This document shows positions 36,101 to 44,928 of a stretch of DNA of 64,000 bases, one piece after another. Within the stretch, counting starts at the first letter, position 1; each line of letters starts with the position of its first letter. Under the pieces are notes generated by a model. It was not told the DNA's origin. It searched no databases and worked only from the letters and a program-made list of their open reading frames with translations. The position numbers were made by a program, and so were the translations under genes. Source of the stretch: a virus (taxonomy: Duplodnaviria > Caudoviricetes); the IMG/VR virus record IMGVR_UViG_2882837327_000001, positions 21,907-85,906 of that record; one strand, given 5' to 3'.

Positions 36101-38468
36101 CGCCCTTCTGCAGGCCAATCGCCCGCAAGCGAGTGATGGCGTCCGCCACCGGCAGATTGCCGAGGGAGACACTGATGCGGTCGCGCTTCGGCTTCTCCAG
36201 CGCCGTCACCAGCGCGGCGTTCGTCTCCATCTCCCCCAGGGCCTGGGCCAGGATGGCCTTGCTGCGGCCGACCAGCTCGCGCCGGCGGGCGTTCAGCTCC
36301 TGCGCCACCGCCAAGTCATGGCCGGTGGCGGCCTCGCCAAGCTGGATCTCGCTGGCCTGTTCCTGAAGCTCCCGGGCCTCAGTCAGCGCATCGGTGCTGG
36401 TGGCCATGTAGTGCTGGACGTGGAAGCGGCTCATCGCCTCCCGGACATGGCCCAGCTCGTCGCTGGTCAGATCTCCGGCCAGCCGGTGAGCCAGCGCCTG
36501 GGCTGCGGCCTCGGGCCCCAGCACGTCCACCACGCTGCGATCCATCAGCGGCGCGCCGCCGGCGGCCAGCGCCAGGCTGTTCAGGGAGTTGAACGCCCCC
36601 ACGCTGACGTGCTTCGTCATGCCGGTGGCGCCAGCTTTCTCGGCCTCGTCCAGGAATCCGCGGGTGCGGATGGTGCGGAGCTCGTCTTCCACCCCGCGCA
36701 TCACCGCTTCATCCACGGCCTTGCCGTCCACCTCTATGACGAAGGCGTTGGGCTCGATAGCGCCGGCGTCCGCCGCCTTGTCGATGTCGCGCGTGCGCTC
36801 TCGCACCTGCTTCAGCTTCTCGCGCATCTCGCGCTCAGCGCGCAGCAGTGCCATGGCTTGCTTCGCGGTGGCCCGGCCCTTGGGGTCGATGCTCGGCCCG
36901 ATCGGCTCTCGCACCCGATTCAGCGCCTTCGCGGTGCCTTCGGCTATTGCCGGCGCACCACGCTCTTCCTGCTGCGCGGGGGTGGTGCTGGAAGTGGCGT
37001 CACCGGCGCCATCATCAGCCTGCGAGGCCGGCTTTTCCTCAGTTTCTGGCTTTGTAGGGGTGGTGCTGTCCACTCGCTGCGGCGGTGGCGGCGCCGTATC
37101 GAGGGCAGGTTGTTCCTGCTCCTCTGCGACCTTAGCCGACCGGCCTTTGACCTCTGAGGCCTCGGCCTTGATCTGCGCGGCGTCTCCGCCGCCCGCCGCC
37201 GCACGCTCGGCGTATTTCGGCTGGAAGCCCAGCCCTTTGCCGCCGTCGCTCTCAACCGGATCCAGATCCGCCACGCTGATCTGTGCAGGGTCGGCTGGCG
37301 CGGACAGCGGCACGGCGGACATGCCGCCCTCGGCACGCATATCGGCATCGGCCAGCAGCCGCTGGCGCTGCGTGTTCACCGCATCCTTCGCCGCGGCGAA
37401 CAGCTCCTGGAAATGCGCGTCTTGCAGCTTCGCTACCTCAGACGGGGCCTTGTCCTGGTGCTCCTCCTCCTTGAACCGCACATCTTCGGGCTTCCAGTCC
37501 AGCACCTTGGCCACCTGGCGCACGAAATCATCCTGCGCGGCGCGCCCGGCCAGGCGGAGGTTGTCCTTCGCCTGCTTCTTCATGCCGGCGGTGCCGGCCT
37601 CCCGATCGCGCGCGGCCTGCTGCCGCTTCTCGTCACGCCGCGCGGCTGCCCCCTCCTTCGCGCGCTGGGCATACTCGGCCTCGCTGCGCACCCCGGTCAG
37701 CTTCAGGTAGTTGAGCTTGCCTCCGGCGCCGCCGATCACGCGATAGGCGCCATCGCCGGCGGGCTGGATCATCACCGCGTGCCCCTCAGTGCCCGGGCCG
37801 TTAGGGCGCACGGTGATCCAGCGCGCGCCGGTGGGCAGCGCCTTCGTCATCCGGCCTTCCAAGAGATCCTTGAAGATCGTTCGGAGCGTGGCTATGTCTA
37901 CCGGACGCCGGGCGAGATGCACCGGGGTAGAACCGGTGGGTTGAGCGCGGCCATGTTCTCCACCGATTTCGTCCGGCGATTCCAGCAACCCAACTAAATC
38001 GTGGTGGTAGTGCAAGTGCCCGGCGCCGTCCTGGCGGACGCGCAGTAGCGCTGCATAGTCGCGGGTGCCAATGGATAGAGGCGCCGCCAGGGTGTGCCAC
38101 AGGTTCTTGCTGGTTTCGTCGTAGCGGTCGCCTTCGGTCGAGAGGTGAACCGCGTGGCGCAATAGATCTGGCAGGCCCGCAACTGATGCCGCTATCTCGG
38201 TATAAGTGTGCCCCTTAAGCGCGTGTCGCAGGCCGTTACCCGAAATCCCTATGCGGGCGCCAAGATGCGCGTTGTGCACCGAGAGCATGGTTGGGCCGTG
38301 TGGGCCGTGGCCGGTGACGAAGTGGCGACGTGCGTATTCCAGCGCGTTGGTTCGCAGCTCTTTCGGCGTATCCCCCGAGATTTCATCGCCACGAAGGGAA
38401 GTCCAGTGGGCAAAGCGCCCGCGCGCATCGTGCTGGGGATTGCTCTTCAGGAACAGGATAGGGCACAT
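33102..38468 (-). CDS. 1788-aa polyvalent protein: N-terminal LPD3-like module, long helical body, C-terminal SNF2-like helicase
   Basis: MGVGSGKT, VDEGH, QRNGRIDRVGQ; N-terminal ISGNGLRHAL...WHTLAAPLSIG...LLRVRQD. Confidence 0.85.
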   Translation of the reverse strand: MCPILFLKSNPQHDARGRFAHWTSLRGDEISGDTPKELRTNALEYARRHFVTGHGPHGPTMLSVHNAHLGARIGISGNGLRHALKGHTYTEIAASVAGLPDLLRHAVHLSTEGDRYDETSKNLWHTLAAPLSIGTRDYAALLRVRQDGAGHLHYHHDLVGLLESPDEIGGEHGRAQPTGSTPVHLARRPVDIATLRTIFKDLLEGRMTKALPTGARWITVRPNGPGTEGHAVMIQPAGDGAYRVIGGAGGKLNYLKLTGVRSEAEYAQRAKEGAAARRDEKRQQAARDREAGTAGMKKQAKDNLRLAGRAAQDDFVRQVAKVLDWKPEDVRFKEEEHQDKAPSEVAKLQDAHFQELFAAAKDAVNTQRQRLLADADMRAEGGMSAVPLSAPADPAQISVADLDPVESDGGKGLGFQPKYAERAAAGGGDAAQIKAEASEVKGRSAKVAEEQEQPALDTAPPPPQRVDSTTPTKPETEEKPASQADDGAGDATSSTTPAQQEERGAPAIAEGTAKALNRVREPIGPSIDPKGRATAKQAMALLRAEREMREKLKQVRERTRDIDKAADAGAIEPNAFVIEVDGKAVDEAVMRGVEDELRTIRTRGFLDEAEKAGATGMTKHVSVGAFNSLNSLALAAGGAPLMDRSVVDVLGPEAAAQALAHRLAGDLTSDELGHVREAMSRFHVQHYMATSTDALTEARELQEQASEIQLGEAATGHDLAVAQELNARRRELVGRSKAILAQALGEMETNAALVTALEKPKRDRISVSLGNLPVADAITRLRAIGLQKGDYTMERAGRSTLLVIHGDAIGKLTAPIDPADLDRVNGALSIMQGHEDEAGWLPAGVARRPDFGSDLPAGAAPRLAKAFPTAPADVGQAVRDYIGGRAADGDSPADIMAGLLSEDLIQRAGDRSAFMAAVNEVAPLYGADGKMIRAEAHAGAFDRLADAFTDRNHGGRRTTIAKQPLAEDSTSVEALHRALAKIPEGAAAFKPVGELTPQDQAGLRALFVRDFGASDPQAADKRTALEKLKAEEPERETDGMFGRQENPLWGDWKRDHDAAATAASSAEMNWPRYVEHMGSPQAAYLAMQDVVKGRVVGEFGQIHNQLRPDAPLRMGRTNIAGDLNHLDALDPDARERRLAEHRGLVDRLRERTAGRYASGSVSDKMAAAREAEEAAAQSQMGLFGDEPAAATTDDALPENTAPMGTGERHTIGHAAERTLAGMARRIGGNFKPGQPVGIFAPTMDGKFVARQRAVKLIARNRRTMLGMGVGSGKTSISLAAFTHLHDQGKAKRGLMVVPSVVQGQFHGEALAMLEPGKYDWHANPGASREERIAALKDPSKHFNVVTHQAFRDDVLHLASQQHGTTPDAIKARLAGMKPMERASFIKEVLHKEGIDHDYLAVDEGHNLLNRRGKEDSGMAHVIDGVAHGMGTYVNMTADPVKNDASEVFDTLAKMDPERYSDRDAFMRRYGVDTESAKDGLRREMARHYYTSSISSGVAAHKKEVPVELHADDHARIEAVNRAAGAARIARMEGRTDIAAMKVLSPNSFAGVPADQHGEVARRLQNAIGVVRDSAIRHAIDGRGKMDALVQQATARKGKPGIVFCHHLDRVQDLSERLKGQGLRVSTMTGGNSSKEKDGIKRAFQRGDHDVLVVSDAGAVGANLQKGKWLAQFDTPQTAMVHAQRNGRIDRVGQTEDVELLDLVANHPAERRNRDRLARKYELRSIVTSPLDGLDDTGLAGMLHRIRAGRDPDLPEASRHPVRGEGVRPPEEGRRAHAEPADVGQGALF

Positions 38469-38492
38469 AACCGCACTGTGCGGTCACGACGC
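38469..38492 (-). promoter_or_regulatory. Late-promoter motif copy 10 (38483-38490; ATG 38468 at 14 nt)
   Basis: GCGTCGTGAC CGC A CAG T GCGGTT ATG. Confidence 0.8.
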
Positions 38493-38521
38493 GGGCCAGG
38501 CGCTGGCCCGCGCAGGTGTGG

Positions 38522-39484
38522 TTAGCTGCCAATCTCGCTGAAACGCAAGTTGCGCCAGACCTGGCCACCGTCGCGCCAGGTCAGCGCTTCGATGCTCGGC
38601 GGGTTCGGGCGTGGCACGACGTGCGCCACCTCCTCCCGCTCTAAGAACCACCCATTGTCGAATAGAATGGACTGGATCGCGCCCTCCAACAGACGGGAGT
38701 GGGTCGCTACCATCATGAACTTAACCCGCTCGCTGACAAATCCGACAGAGCGGTTGAGCACGTTGAATTCGGCACCCTGGATATCGATGTGAACAAAGTC
38801 TATTAGCGACTTGTCCTTCAATAAGGTCTCAAGCGTCACCGCGGGAACTCGAACGTGCGCTGTATCGGCACCGCGGTAATCCACAGAGGCGCTTTTGTCA
38901 GTGTCGATCGCCTGGCCGCCTGAGTCGGCGATGCCGGTGGTAGGGAATAGAGCATCGCCGTCCTCATCCCAGATCACTGCATGCCTCAGATCCCAACTGA
39001 GCCCATCGTAACTTCCGACCATCTCTGCATCATGAGGTAGCAGCCGATTGTAAGCGAGGTGATTACGCATGCTTGCGGCGCGTTCCGCATCACCTTCAAC
39101 CCCGGTGATCGATACCGGACCAAGGCCCTTACGCCGAGCAAGAATCGCTGAGAGACCTAGCCACGGAGCGAAACCCGCACCTAGCTCAACCGCCGTAAAG
39201 CCGCCGTGTGCGTGCTTCAGGGCAAGCGCCAGCCCGACATATTCCACTGCTTCCGCCAGCCAAGAATCGCTTGGAAACGGCGGCTTGGTGATGACTTCAC
39301 CTAGTCGTCCGGCCACACTCGGCTCATTGCTCGGATGGATGCGCATGCCGAAATAGTCGGTCAATGCCCTGGCGTCAGCTTCGACTTTCGACGGCGCCAG
39401 GCTAACCACCAAGTCGATGTCGCTTGGCAGGAACCCACGAAAGTAATGCCAGAAATCTGGCGTATAATTATAGTGCTGCACCAT
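38522..39484 (-). CDS. FkbM-family SAM methyltransferase (lower GC)
   Basis: VELGAGFAPW; VEGDAER; IDFVHIDIQGAE; MVATHS. Confidence 0.85.
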   Translation of the reverse strand: MVQHYNYTPDFWHYFRGFLPSDIDLVVSLAPSKVEADARALTDYFGMRIHPSNEPSVAGRLGEVITKPPFPSDSWLAEAVEYVGLALALKHAHGGFTAVELGAGFAPWLGLSAILARRKGLGPVSITGVEGDAERAASMRNHLAYNRLLPHDAEMVGSYDGLSWDLRHAVIWDEDGDALFPTTGIADSGGQAIDTDKSASVDYRGADTAHVRVPAVTLETLLKDKSLIDFVHIDIQGAEFNVLNRSVGFVSERVKFMMVATHSRLLEGAIQSILFDNGWFLEREEVAHVVPRPNPPSIEALTWRDGGQVWRNLRFSEIGS

Positions 39485-39522
39485 TCGTTCCTTTGGCGCT
39501 CTTGGGGAAGGCTTTGCCGCGT

Positions 39523-39939
39523 TCAGCTTGCCGTCGAATTGATGGGGTGAAAAGAGCAGCCGGGTATTTCGGCTAATTGCTCGGGATAGATGCCCATTAG
39601 ATGGACAGCTATCAGCTTATGGAGCCGCCAGCGCTCAGCATTTGGTAGCAGCACCAAATTCGTCGCCCCCACGGGACCAACCATTCCAAACTGAGCGAGG
39701 GGCACCGTGATGCACGCGGCGCCGTTGGCGAGGAGACTACCACTCAGATCTCCCCAGGACTGCGGGAACGTGCAGAAACCAAGCTCTTCACCATGCAAGG
39801 AGAGGAGCATGAACGGCCCGGCAGATCGTCCATCATCACTCGGAATCGGGAGCATTCCATCACCCATTGCGATGCAGCAACTTAACGCCACAACTGGCGC
39901 GCGCCCATCCTTCATATCCAGGGATCTCATGAGGCTCAT
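39523..39939 (-). CDS. Hypothetical protein (lower GC)
   Basis: GAGGAG SD 7 nt before ATG 39939; 138 aa. Confidence 0.55.
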   Translation of the reverse strand: MSLMRSLDMKDGRAPVVALSCCIAMGDGMLPIPSDDGRSAGPFMLLSLHGEELGFCTFPQSWGDLSGSLLANGAACITVPLAQFGMVGPVGATNLVLLPNAERWRLHKLIAVHLMGIYPEQLAEIPGCSFHPINSTAS

Positions 39940-39958
39940 GTTTGTGCTCCTCAGCAGC

Positions 39959-40666
39959 TTAGATTTTCGGAATGAGCGGCACCGCCGGCGCGCAGCTAGG
40001 CCAGCGCCAAGCCCTGAAAGCGAATGACGGGAAGGTGCCTGCGGAGACGGGCATGGCGAGGGTCCAACCGAGGTCGTTGCCTTCGGCATCAAGGCCCGCG
40101 TGCACGACTGGAACCTGACGATCTGACCAAAGCGCCAGGTCGGTGCGGCGTGGGTCGGCGACAAGGCCGCCTTGGAAAGCCACCCAGACCGTGCGCCCGT
40201 CTCGCGGGGCCTTCGCCATGTCGGTGTTCCAGATCGGTCGGCGGCAGCGGACGGGTACGGCCTCCTCAACCTCATCCCCCCAATCATCATCAGGGTCTTC
40301 GTCGTCTTCGCGATCGCCCTCGCCGTGCTCCGGCATGGCGCGCTGCGCCTCGAATACTGCCACGCGGTGGTCGCGCAAGGCGTCAACATGCCTGGCGAAG
40401 GTGCGGGGCAAGGTAGGCGTCATGTCCGCCAGCAAGGCCAACTCATGGACGCCCGCGCACAGCTCCTCGATCGCGCTGCCAGAGATACGGCGCAGGCGCT
40501 CCATCATGGACACGATAGCGGGTGGCAGGCCTGGGCATTGATCGGCATGCAGGGCTGCCTCGAAAACGGCGTTCAGCATCTCCTTCTCGGCCTGGAGCAG
40601 TTGCTCGGTCTCGAAGCTCTCGCGCAGAGGGCGAGGCGCGAAGGAAATGGGGCGCGCGGTGCTCAT
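39959..40666 (-). CDS. Hypothetical protein
   Basis: ATGA-coupled start MSTARPIS; C-terminal WNTDMAKAPRDGRTVWV motif common in phage accessory proteins. Confidence 0.6.
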   Translation of the reverse strand: MSTARPISFAPRPLRESFETEQLLQAEKEMLNAVFEAALHADQCPGLPPAIVSMMERLRRISGSAIEELCAGVHELALLADMTPTLPRTFARHVDALRDHRVAVFEAQRAMPEHGEGDREDDEDPDDDWGDEVEEAVPVRCRRPIWNTDMAKAPRDGRTVWVAFQGGLVADPRRTDLALWSDRQVPVVHAGLDAEGNDLGWTLAMPVSAGTFPSFAFRAWRWPSCAPAVPLIPKI

Positions 40667-41223
40667 GCCACCACCTCGAAGGCGATGCGCTTCTCGGGAC
40701 CGCAGTGCTTCACCCGCGCATAGGCGTCCTCGAAGGGAAGCAGCCACGCTTCGACGCGCCGGTTATCGGTGTATCCGTGGCCACCGTCCCGCCAGTAGGC
40801 GCGATGCTCGCCAGACCAGATACGCACCAAGCGGCCAGCCAGCTTTACCCGGGTTCGCTCGCCGCCGGCGCGCTCGATGCTGGCCAGATTGCGGCGCCAG
40901 GCCTGCGGCCGCTTTATGCCGGCAAAGGCCAGCCAATCACCCAGGGACTCGATCCAGACATCACCGTTCCAGATTACTCGGGCGATGATGACGATCCGCT
41001 CGGTGGGCCCATAGGGCAGCAGCTCGCGAATGAAGCGCGGCAAATAGGCCTGGCTGAAAGGGCCCTTCTTCACCGGGCTCATACCGGGGTCTTTGATGAT
41101 GACCACCGTGTGGATCACGCCGCTGTCGTCCCGAGGGCGCGGCAGGCCGGCCAGGCGCCCGACTTCCTCGCGCAGGCGGCGGTTCTCTGCAAGCAGATCC
41201 TCCATGGTGCGCGGGTCACTCAT
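40663..41223 (-). CDS. Hypothetical phage protein
   Basis: Start MSDPRTME; C-terminal VRIWSGEHRAYWR...GYT...CGPEK domain. Confidence 0.7.
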   Translation of the reverse strand: MSDPRTMEDLLAENRRLREEVGRLAGLPRPRDDSGVIHTVVIIKDPGMSPVKKGPFSQAYLPRFIRELLPYGPTERIVIIARVIWNGDVWIESLGDWLAFAGIKRPQAWRRNLASIERAGGERTRVKLAGRLVRIWSGEHRAYWRDGGHGYTDNRRVEAWLLPFEDAYARVKHCGPEKRIAFEVVA

Positions 41224-42103
41224 GGCTGGCCGTCCCGGCCACAGTCGGGATGGCGATGTGCTCCACCCCGTCCAGCAGCCTGCCGGCGCGCTTCTTCCCG
41301 ATGGGGTGAACCGCCGCGGCGGTGGGGGAATAGGCGCCCTGGCCGCCGTCCAGCCGGATCCAATCGCGGCGCCATAGGTTGATCTGGCCAATCTCCCCGC
41401 CGGTCGGTTGGCCCTCCGGAAGCCAGTCACCCCATTGCTTGAACATGAAGGGCACACCGGCCTGGCTGCACTGGTCCCGGACCTCGCGCGCCCAGGCGGG
41501 GTGCATTGGCCGGGCGCCAGGGCCGCTCTCACCGCCGACAATGAGCCAATCCGGCGCCCCTTTGTCCTGAAAGCGAAGGTCTCCGAGTGGGCCAAGGGCC
41601 GGCTCGTAGCTCAGGAACCTCAGCGGGGCCGGCACTACGCTAAGGTGCCGCCAACGCTTCAGATAGTACTCCTCATCTTCCGCCGTGGTGCCGAGCCAGA
41701 CGTTCGGCCAACCGGCCTCGCCCCACTCCGGAGGCAGCATTTTTCTGACATTCTGCGGTCGCTTGGTCAGCAGAAACCACGTCAGCGCTGGGGTTTCACG
41801 GATGAGCCGCCACAGGTCCGCGCGCCAGGCCGGGTCCGCCTGGTTGTCGAACACATCAGCAAGGGAAGCGCAGAACACGCGACGTGGCGCGCCAGCAGCG
41901 GCCGCCTCGCGGTTCCAGCGGCGCGGGAGGTTCCAGTTCTGCACGCTGGTGCGGCGCAACGTGCCGCTCCACAAGCCGGCCTCGCCGGCTCGCTTCGCCC
42001 AGCCCTCTGCATAGCAGTTGTCGCAGGCGGGCGAGATCTTCGTGCATCCTACCCACGGGTTGAAGGTGCTGTCCGCCCATTCGATGCCAGTCGCTTCAGC
42101 CAT
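41216..42103 (-). CDS. Phage Gp37/Gp68 (DUF5131) protein with radical-SAM-like Cys motif
   Basis: IEWADSTFNPWVGCTKISPACDNCYA; FCASLADVF; LLTKRP; IVGGESG; FMFKQWG. Confidence 0.92.
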   Translation of the reverse strand: MAEATGIEWADSTFNPWVGCTKISPACDNCYAEGWAKRAGEAGLWSGTLRRTSVQNWNLPRRWNREAAAAGAPRRVFCASLADVFDNQADPAWRADLWRLIRETPALTWFLLTKRPQNVRKMLPPEWGEAGWPNVWLGTTAEDEEYYLKRWRHLSVVPAPLRFLSYEPALGPLGDLRFQDKGAPDWLIVGGESGPGARPMHPAWAREVRDQCSQAGVPFMFKQWGDWLPEGQPTGGEIGQINLWRRDWIRLDGGQGAYSPTAAAVHPIGKKRAGRLLDGVEHIAIPTVAGTASHE

Positions 42104-42287
42104 GGGCGGCCTCGCACTCGAAGACATAGGCGCCACGAGCCATGCGGATCCGGCCACCGGCATCGGCGCCCAGCACCCGCACCATCTCGGTGCAAGCGGC
42201 CATGGTGCGGTATTCAGCGTGGCTGCCCAGCAGCTCGGGCCGGCCGCTGCCGGCGGCGATGAAGTAGACGAGAAGCCAGACCGTCAT
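42096..42287 (-). CDS. Small hypothetical protein
   Basis: 63 aa overlapping neighbours in the operon. Confidence 0.55.
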   Translation of the reverse strand: MTVWLLVYFIAAGSGRPELLGSHAEYRTMAACTEMVRVLGADAGGRIRMARGAYVFECEAAHG

Positions 42288-42490
42288 GCCAGCGTCCCTT
42301 CGATCTCCTGAAGGGTGCGGCGGAGCGTCTTGGCCTTGGCGCGAGCCCAGGAATGGCGCCGCGATTCCGCGCCGGTGACGCGACCGAGGGCGTCGGCGAT
42401 CCGCCGGCGAACGATCTCGGCGCAGCGCTGGCGCTCGACGCGCGCACCGATCGCCATCAGCTCATCGTCGCGTGAAAGGGCGGCGCTCAT
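42284..42490 (-). CDS. Small hypothetical protein
   Basis: 68 aa from MSAALSRD; coupled overlaps at both ends. Confidence 0.55.
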   Translation of the reverse strand: MSAALSRDDELMAIGARVERQRCAEIVRRRIADALGRVTGAESRRHSWARAKAKTLRRTLQEIEGTLA

Positions 42491-43161
42491 GCCGTCACCT
42501 CGCCGGGCTCGAAGACGGGCGGCTCGTTGGCGGCCGGCAGGCTGCCCGGATAGGCCGCAGAATAGAGCTCGGCCAGGAAGGCGTTGAAGGTAATCTGGTC
42601 GCCGGCCCGCATGCCCTCTTCCGCCGGAGGGAGCGGGAGCCACGGGCGCGGGCATGCCACCATCAGGTCGCGCTTTTCGGTGGCCAAGGCGATCAGATCG
42701 GCCTGGTGGATCAGGCGCCGCCATTCGTCGGGCAGCTCCACCGGCAGCTTGACCCGGCGGTGGATGGCGGCCTGCACGCGCGCCTTCAGCGGACGGACGA
42801 TCTCCCGCATGCCCGGCAGCGCCATGATGGGGGAAATGATGTCACCGATGTAGGCCTCGTGCGCGTCATGCAGGATGGCGGCCAAGGTGATCTTGTTCAG
42901 GTTGGCGATGCCGTAGCCGCTGCGGCGCGCCAGGCTGACGGTGATGTCGCGAACCATGATGGAGTGGCTGGCGATGCTGCAGGGCAGGACGGTGTGGCCC
43001 AGAAAGCGGCGCTGATGCGACAGGGACCAGGCGATGTCGTGAAAATCCACCATCGCAGGGGTGGGCGCCAGCAGGTCGAAAGCAATGCCGGATATCGTCT
43101 GGCTCCACGGGGCGACGCCCTCGCTGCTATCCGGATTGTGGTCGGGTTCTAAGGCGTTCAT
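42487..43161 (-). CDS. HD-domain phosphohydrolase (YfbR-like 5'-deoxynucleotidase family)
   Basis: DIAWSLS...RFLGH...SIASHS...LHDAHEAYIGDI. Confidence 0.88.
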   Translation of the reverse strand: MNALEPDHNPDSSEGVAPWSQTISGIAFDLLAPTPAMVDFHDIAWSLSHQRRFLGHTVLPCSIASHSIMVRDITVSLARRSGYGIANLNKITLAAILHDAHEAYIGDIISPIMALPGMREIVRPLKARVQAAIHRRVKLPVELPDEWRRLIHQADLIALATEKRDLMVACPRPWLPLPPAEEGMRAGDQITFNAFLAELYSAAYPGSLPAANEPPVFEPGEVTA

Positions 43162-43183
43162 CAGCTTCCTCGCTGAGTGACCA

Positions 43184-43291
43184 ACGAAGGATTATCCTTC
43201 ATTCATGGGGTCATTTCCTCGATATCCTCCAAAATCGTGGTTTGCAAGTGACTTCATATCCTCTATCCATCCTCCATGAGGGAAATGGAGG
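43184..43291. promoter_or_regulatory. Operator-like cluster B in the divergent HD/MarR intergenic region
   Basis: ACGAAGG-ATTAT-CCTTCAT (43184), ATGGGGT-CATTT-CCTCGAT (43205), CATAT-CCTCTAT (43255), further half-sites at 43271 and 43285. Confidence 0.7.
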
Positions 43292-43740
43292 TTCCGGTGG
43301 CTTCAGCCGCTTCAGCGCCGCTCTCGGCACTGACACACGCCTTCGTCGCCGCTTCTGCGGTGGATGAGGTTTTCACTTGCCGCCAGGTGGCGCTCTTGGG
43401 CCTGCTGGTGGAGACCGGTGGCCACTCGGTCGCGCACTATGCCGATGCGATGTCCGTCTCGAAGGCGGTGGTCACGCGGGCCAGCTACAAGCTGGTGGCC
43501 CTGGGCCTTGGCAACTGCAGCAAGGCGAACAGCGATCGGCGCCTGGTGGTGCTGACCGCCACCGGCGAAGGGCGCGCAATGTGGAAGCGCCTTGGTGGGC
43601 TTCTGCACCAGGCGGGCGGCCTCGCCATGGCCAGCGAGATGCTGGCCTTCGCCCGCAGCGGCGCGGGCTTCGCCTACCCGGCCGGCGCGCTTCAGAAGCT
43701 GGCACGGCTGGTGGAAACGAAGGGGGCGAGCTGGGAATGA
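43276..43740 (+). CDS. MarR-like winged-helix regulator
   Basis: RQVALLGLL...VAHYADAMSVSKAVVTRASYKLVALGL...SDRRLVVLTATGEG. Confidence 0.8.
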   Translation: MREMEVPVASAASAPLSALTHAFVAASAVDEVFTCRQVALLGLLVETGGHSVAHYADAMSVSKAVVTRASYKLVALGLGNCSKANSDRRLVVLTATGEGRAMWKRLGGLLHQAGGLAMASEMLAFARSGAGFAYPAGALQKLARLVETKGASWE

Positions 43741-44039
43741 GCGTCGCCGAGCAGAGAGATGCGGGCTGGGCCTATACCGGGGGGTGGGCTTACATCGCCC
43801 GCACCACGGTCGCGACAGCTAAGCACCCCGCGGGACGGGTGGTCGCGGCGACGGTGGATTCCGCCGAGCGTCAGTCCTCCAATGCCAAGGACGTGGCGAA
43901 GTGGATCAGGGCCGGCCTGACTGTCGAGCGTGTTCCTGTGCCTTGGGTGCGCGAGCACTTCTTCACAACCACCCCTTACATTCCCGGCAAGGTGCCTTGC
44001 TTAGCGCCCCCGGAGCCATTTGCGAGCGGGGAGAGCTGA
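43737..44039 (+). CDS. Hypothetical protein
   Basis: ATGA-coupled; 100 aa from MSVAEQRD. Confidence 0.6.
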   Translation: MSVAEQRDAGWAYTGGWAYIARTTVATAKHPAGRVVAATVDSAERQSSNAKDVAKWIRAGLTVERVPVPWVREHFFTTTPYIPGKVPCLAPPEPFASGES

Positions 44040-44041
44040 CG

Positions 44042-44578
44042 ATGCGCCCGATAAACTGCGATGACCTCGGCGGCTGGATCCCGCTCCGGCCGACTTATAG
44101 GGATCCGGCGGTGGTGGCCGAGGCCTGCGAAAGCACCGTGGCTTCCTTGGTCCGGCATGGGCTGCTGCAGAAAGAGGAAGCCGACGATGCCGCCTATGAG
44201 CTGGCGCGCTACGCCGACTATCTGGAGGACGGCTATCAGCTTGCCAAGAAGCTGGAAGACCGAGCCCATTGGGATCCGTCCGCTCAGATGGTGGAAGTTC
44301 TGGGCGGCCATGCCAGCTCGTGGGTGGGAGCGCTGATCCGGCAGGTACAGGAATGGGTGCGGCTCTACGAGATCTGGCCCCCGTTCAGTGTGGGCACGCG
44401 GGTAGCAGTGCCCTGGCGCCGAAGGGTTGAACCGGGGACCATCGCGCGGATATTCCCTGAGAGCGGTGAATGCGCTGTCCGGCTCGATATCGAGACCCGC
44501 AGCGACTGCTACGCCGCGGTCGCGTATGAGGCGATCGACCTGCTTGCCACGGATCAGGTCTCGATATCGGCGTCGTAG
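44042..44578 (+). CDS. Hypothetical protein with C-terminal SH3/Tudor-like motif
   Basis: GGAG SD; PPFSVGTRVAVPW...PGTIARI. Confidence 0.65.
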   Translation: MRPINCDDLGGWIPLRPTYRDPAVVAEACESTVASLVRHGLLQKEEADDAAYELARYADYLEDGYQLAKKLEDRAHWDPSAQMVEVLGGHASSWVGALIRQVQEWVRLYEIWPPFSVGTRVAVPWRRRVEPGTIARIFPESGECAVRLDIETRSDCYAAVAYEAIDLLATDQVSISAS

Positions 44579-44928
44579 ATCCGGATCATGTCGCCGTCCG
44601 GCGTCTCCACCCAATCCTGGTGGCGGGCCAGCCGGGCGGCATATTGGTAATGGGCCAGGCCTTCGGCCAGCACCTGGCCCGGTTCCAGCGGCCGCGGCAG
44701 CGTCGCCAGCGCCTCGGAATCCATGTAGTGCCGGAGCATCGGCAGGTTGGGCCCATACCCTGCTCCCAGCAGCAGCACCTTGATGGGCCACCACCACACC
44801 CCGAACCAGCGGTAGCGCAGCACCTGGCCCTGCAGGTCGCGGGCGATGTTGCCCAGCACCTCCGGCACACCATCGGCAGGAATCGGCGCCACGGTTTCGG
44901 GCGGGGTGTTCGTCAGCGCGTCGAGCAT
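44554..44928 (-). CDS. Hypothetical protein coupled to the DarB-like gene
   Basis: Start overlaps the DarB-like stop; 124 aa. Confidence 0.75.
   Translation of the reverse strand: MLDALTNTPPETVAPIPADGVPEVLGNIARDLQGQVLRYRWFGVWWWPIKVLLLGAGYGPNLPMLRHYMDSEALATLPRPLEPGQVLAEGLAHYQYAARLARHQDWVETPDGDMIRIYDADIET

Noticed and set aside
8233-38490. N4-type DNA hairpin promoters (5-bp stem, 3-nt loop)
   Set aside because: Perfect at only three sites (8247, 12384, 38483) and partial at two; no virion RNA polymerase in the window; a -10 element explains A-N3-T better
42487-43161. DatZ of a 2-aminoadenine (Z) genome system
   Set aside because: No PurZ, MazZ or polymerase in the window; HD fold alone is not diagnostic
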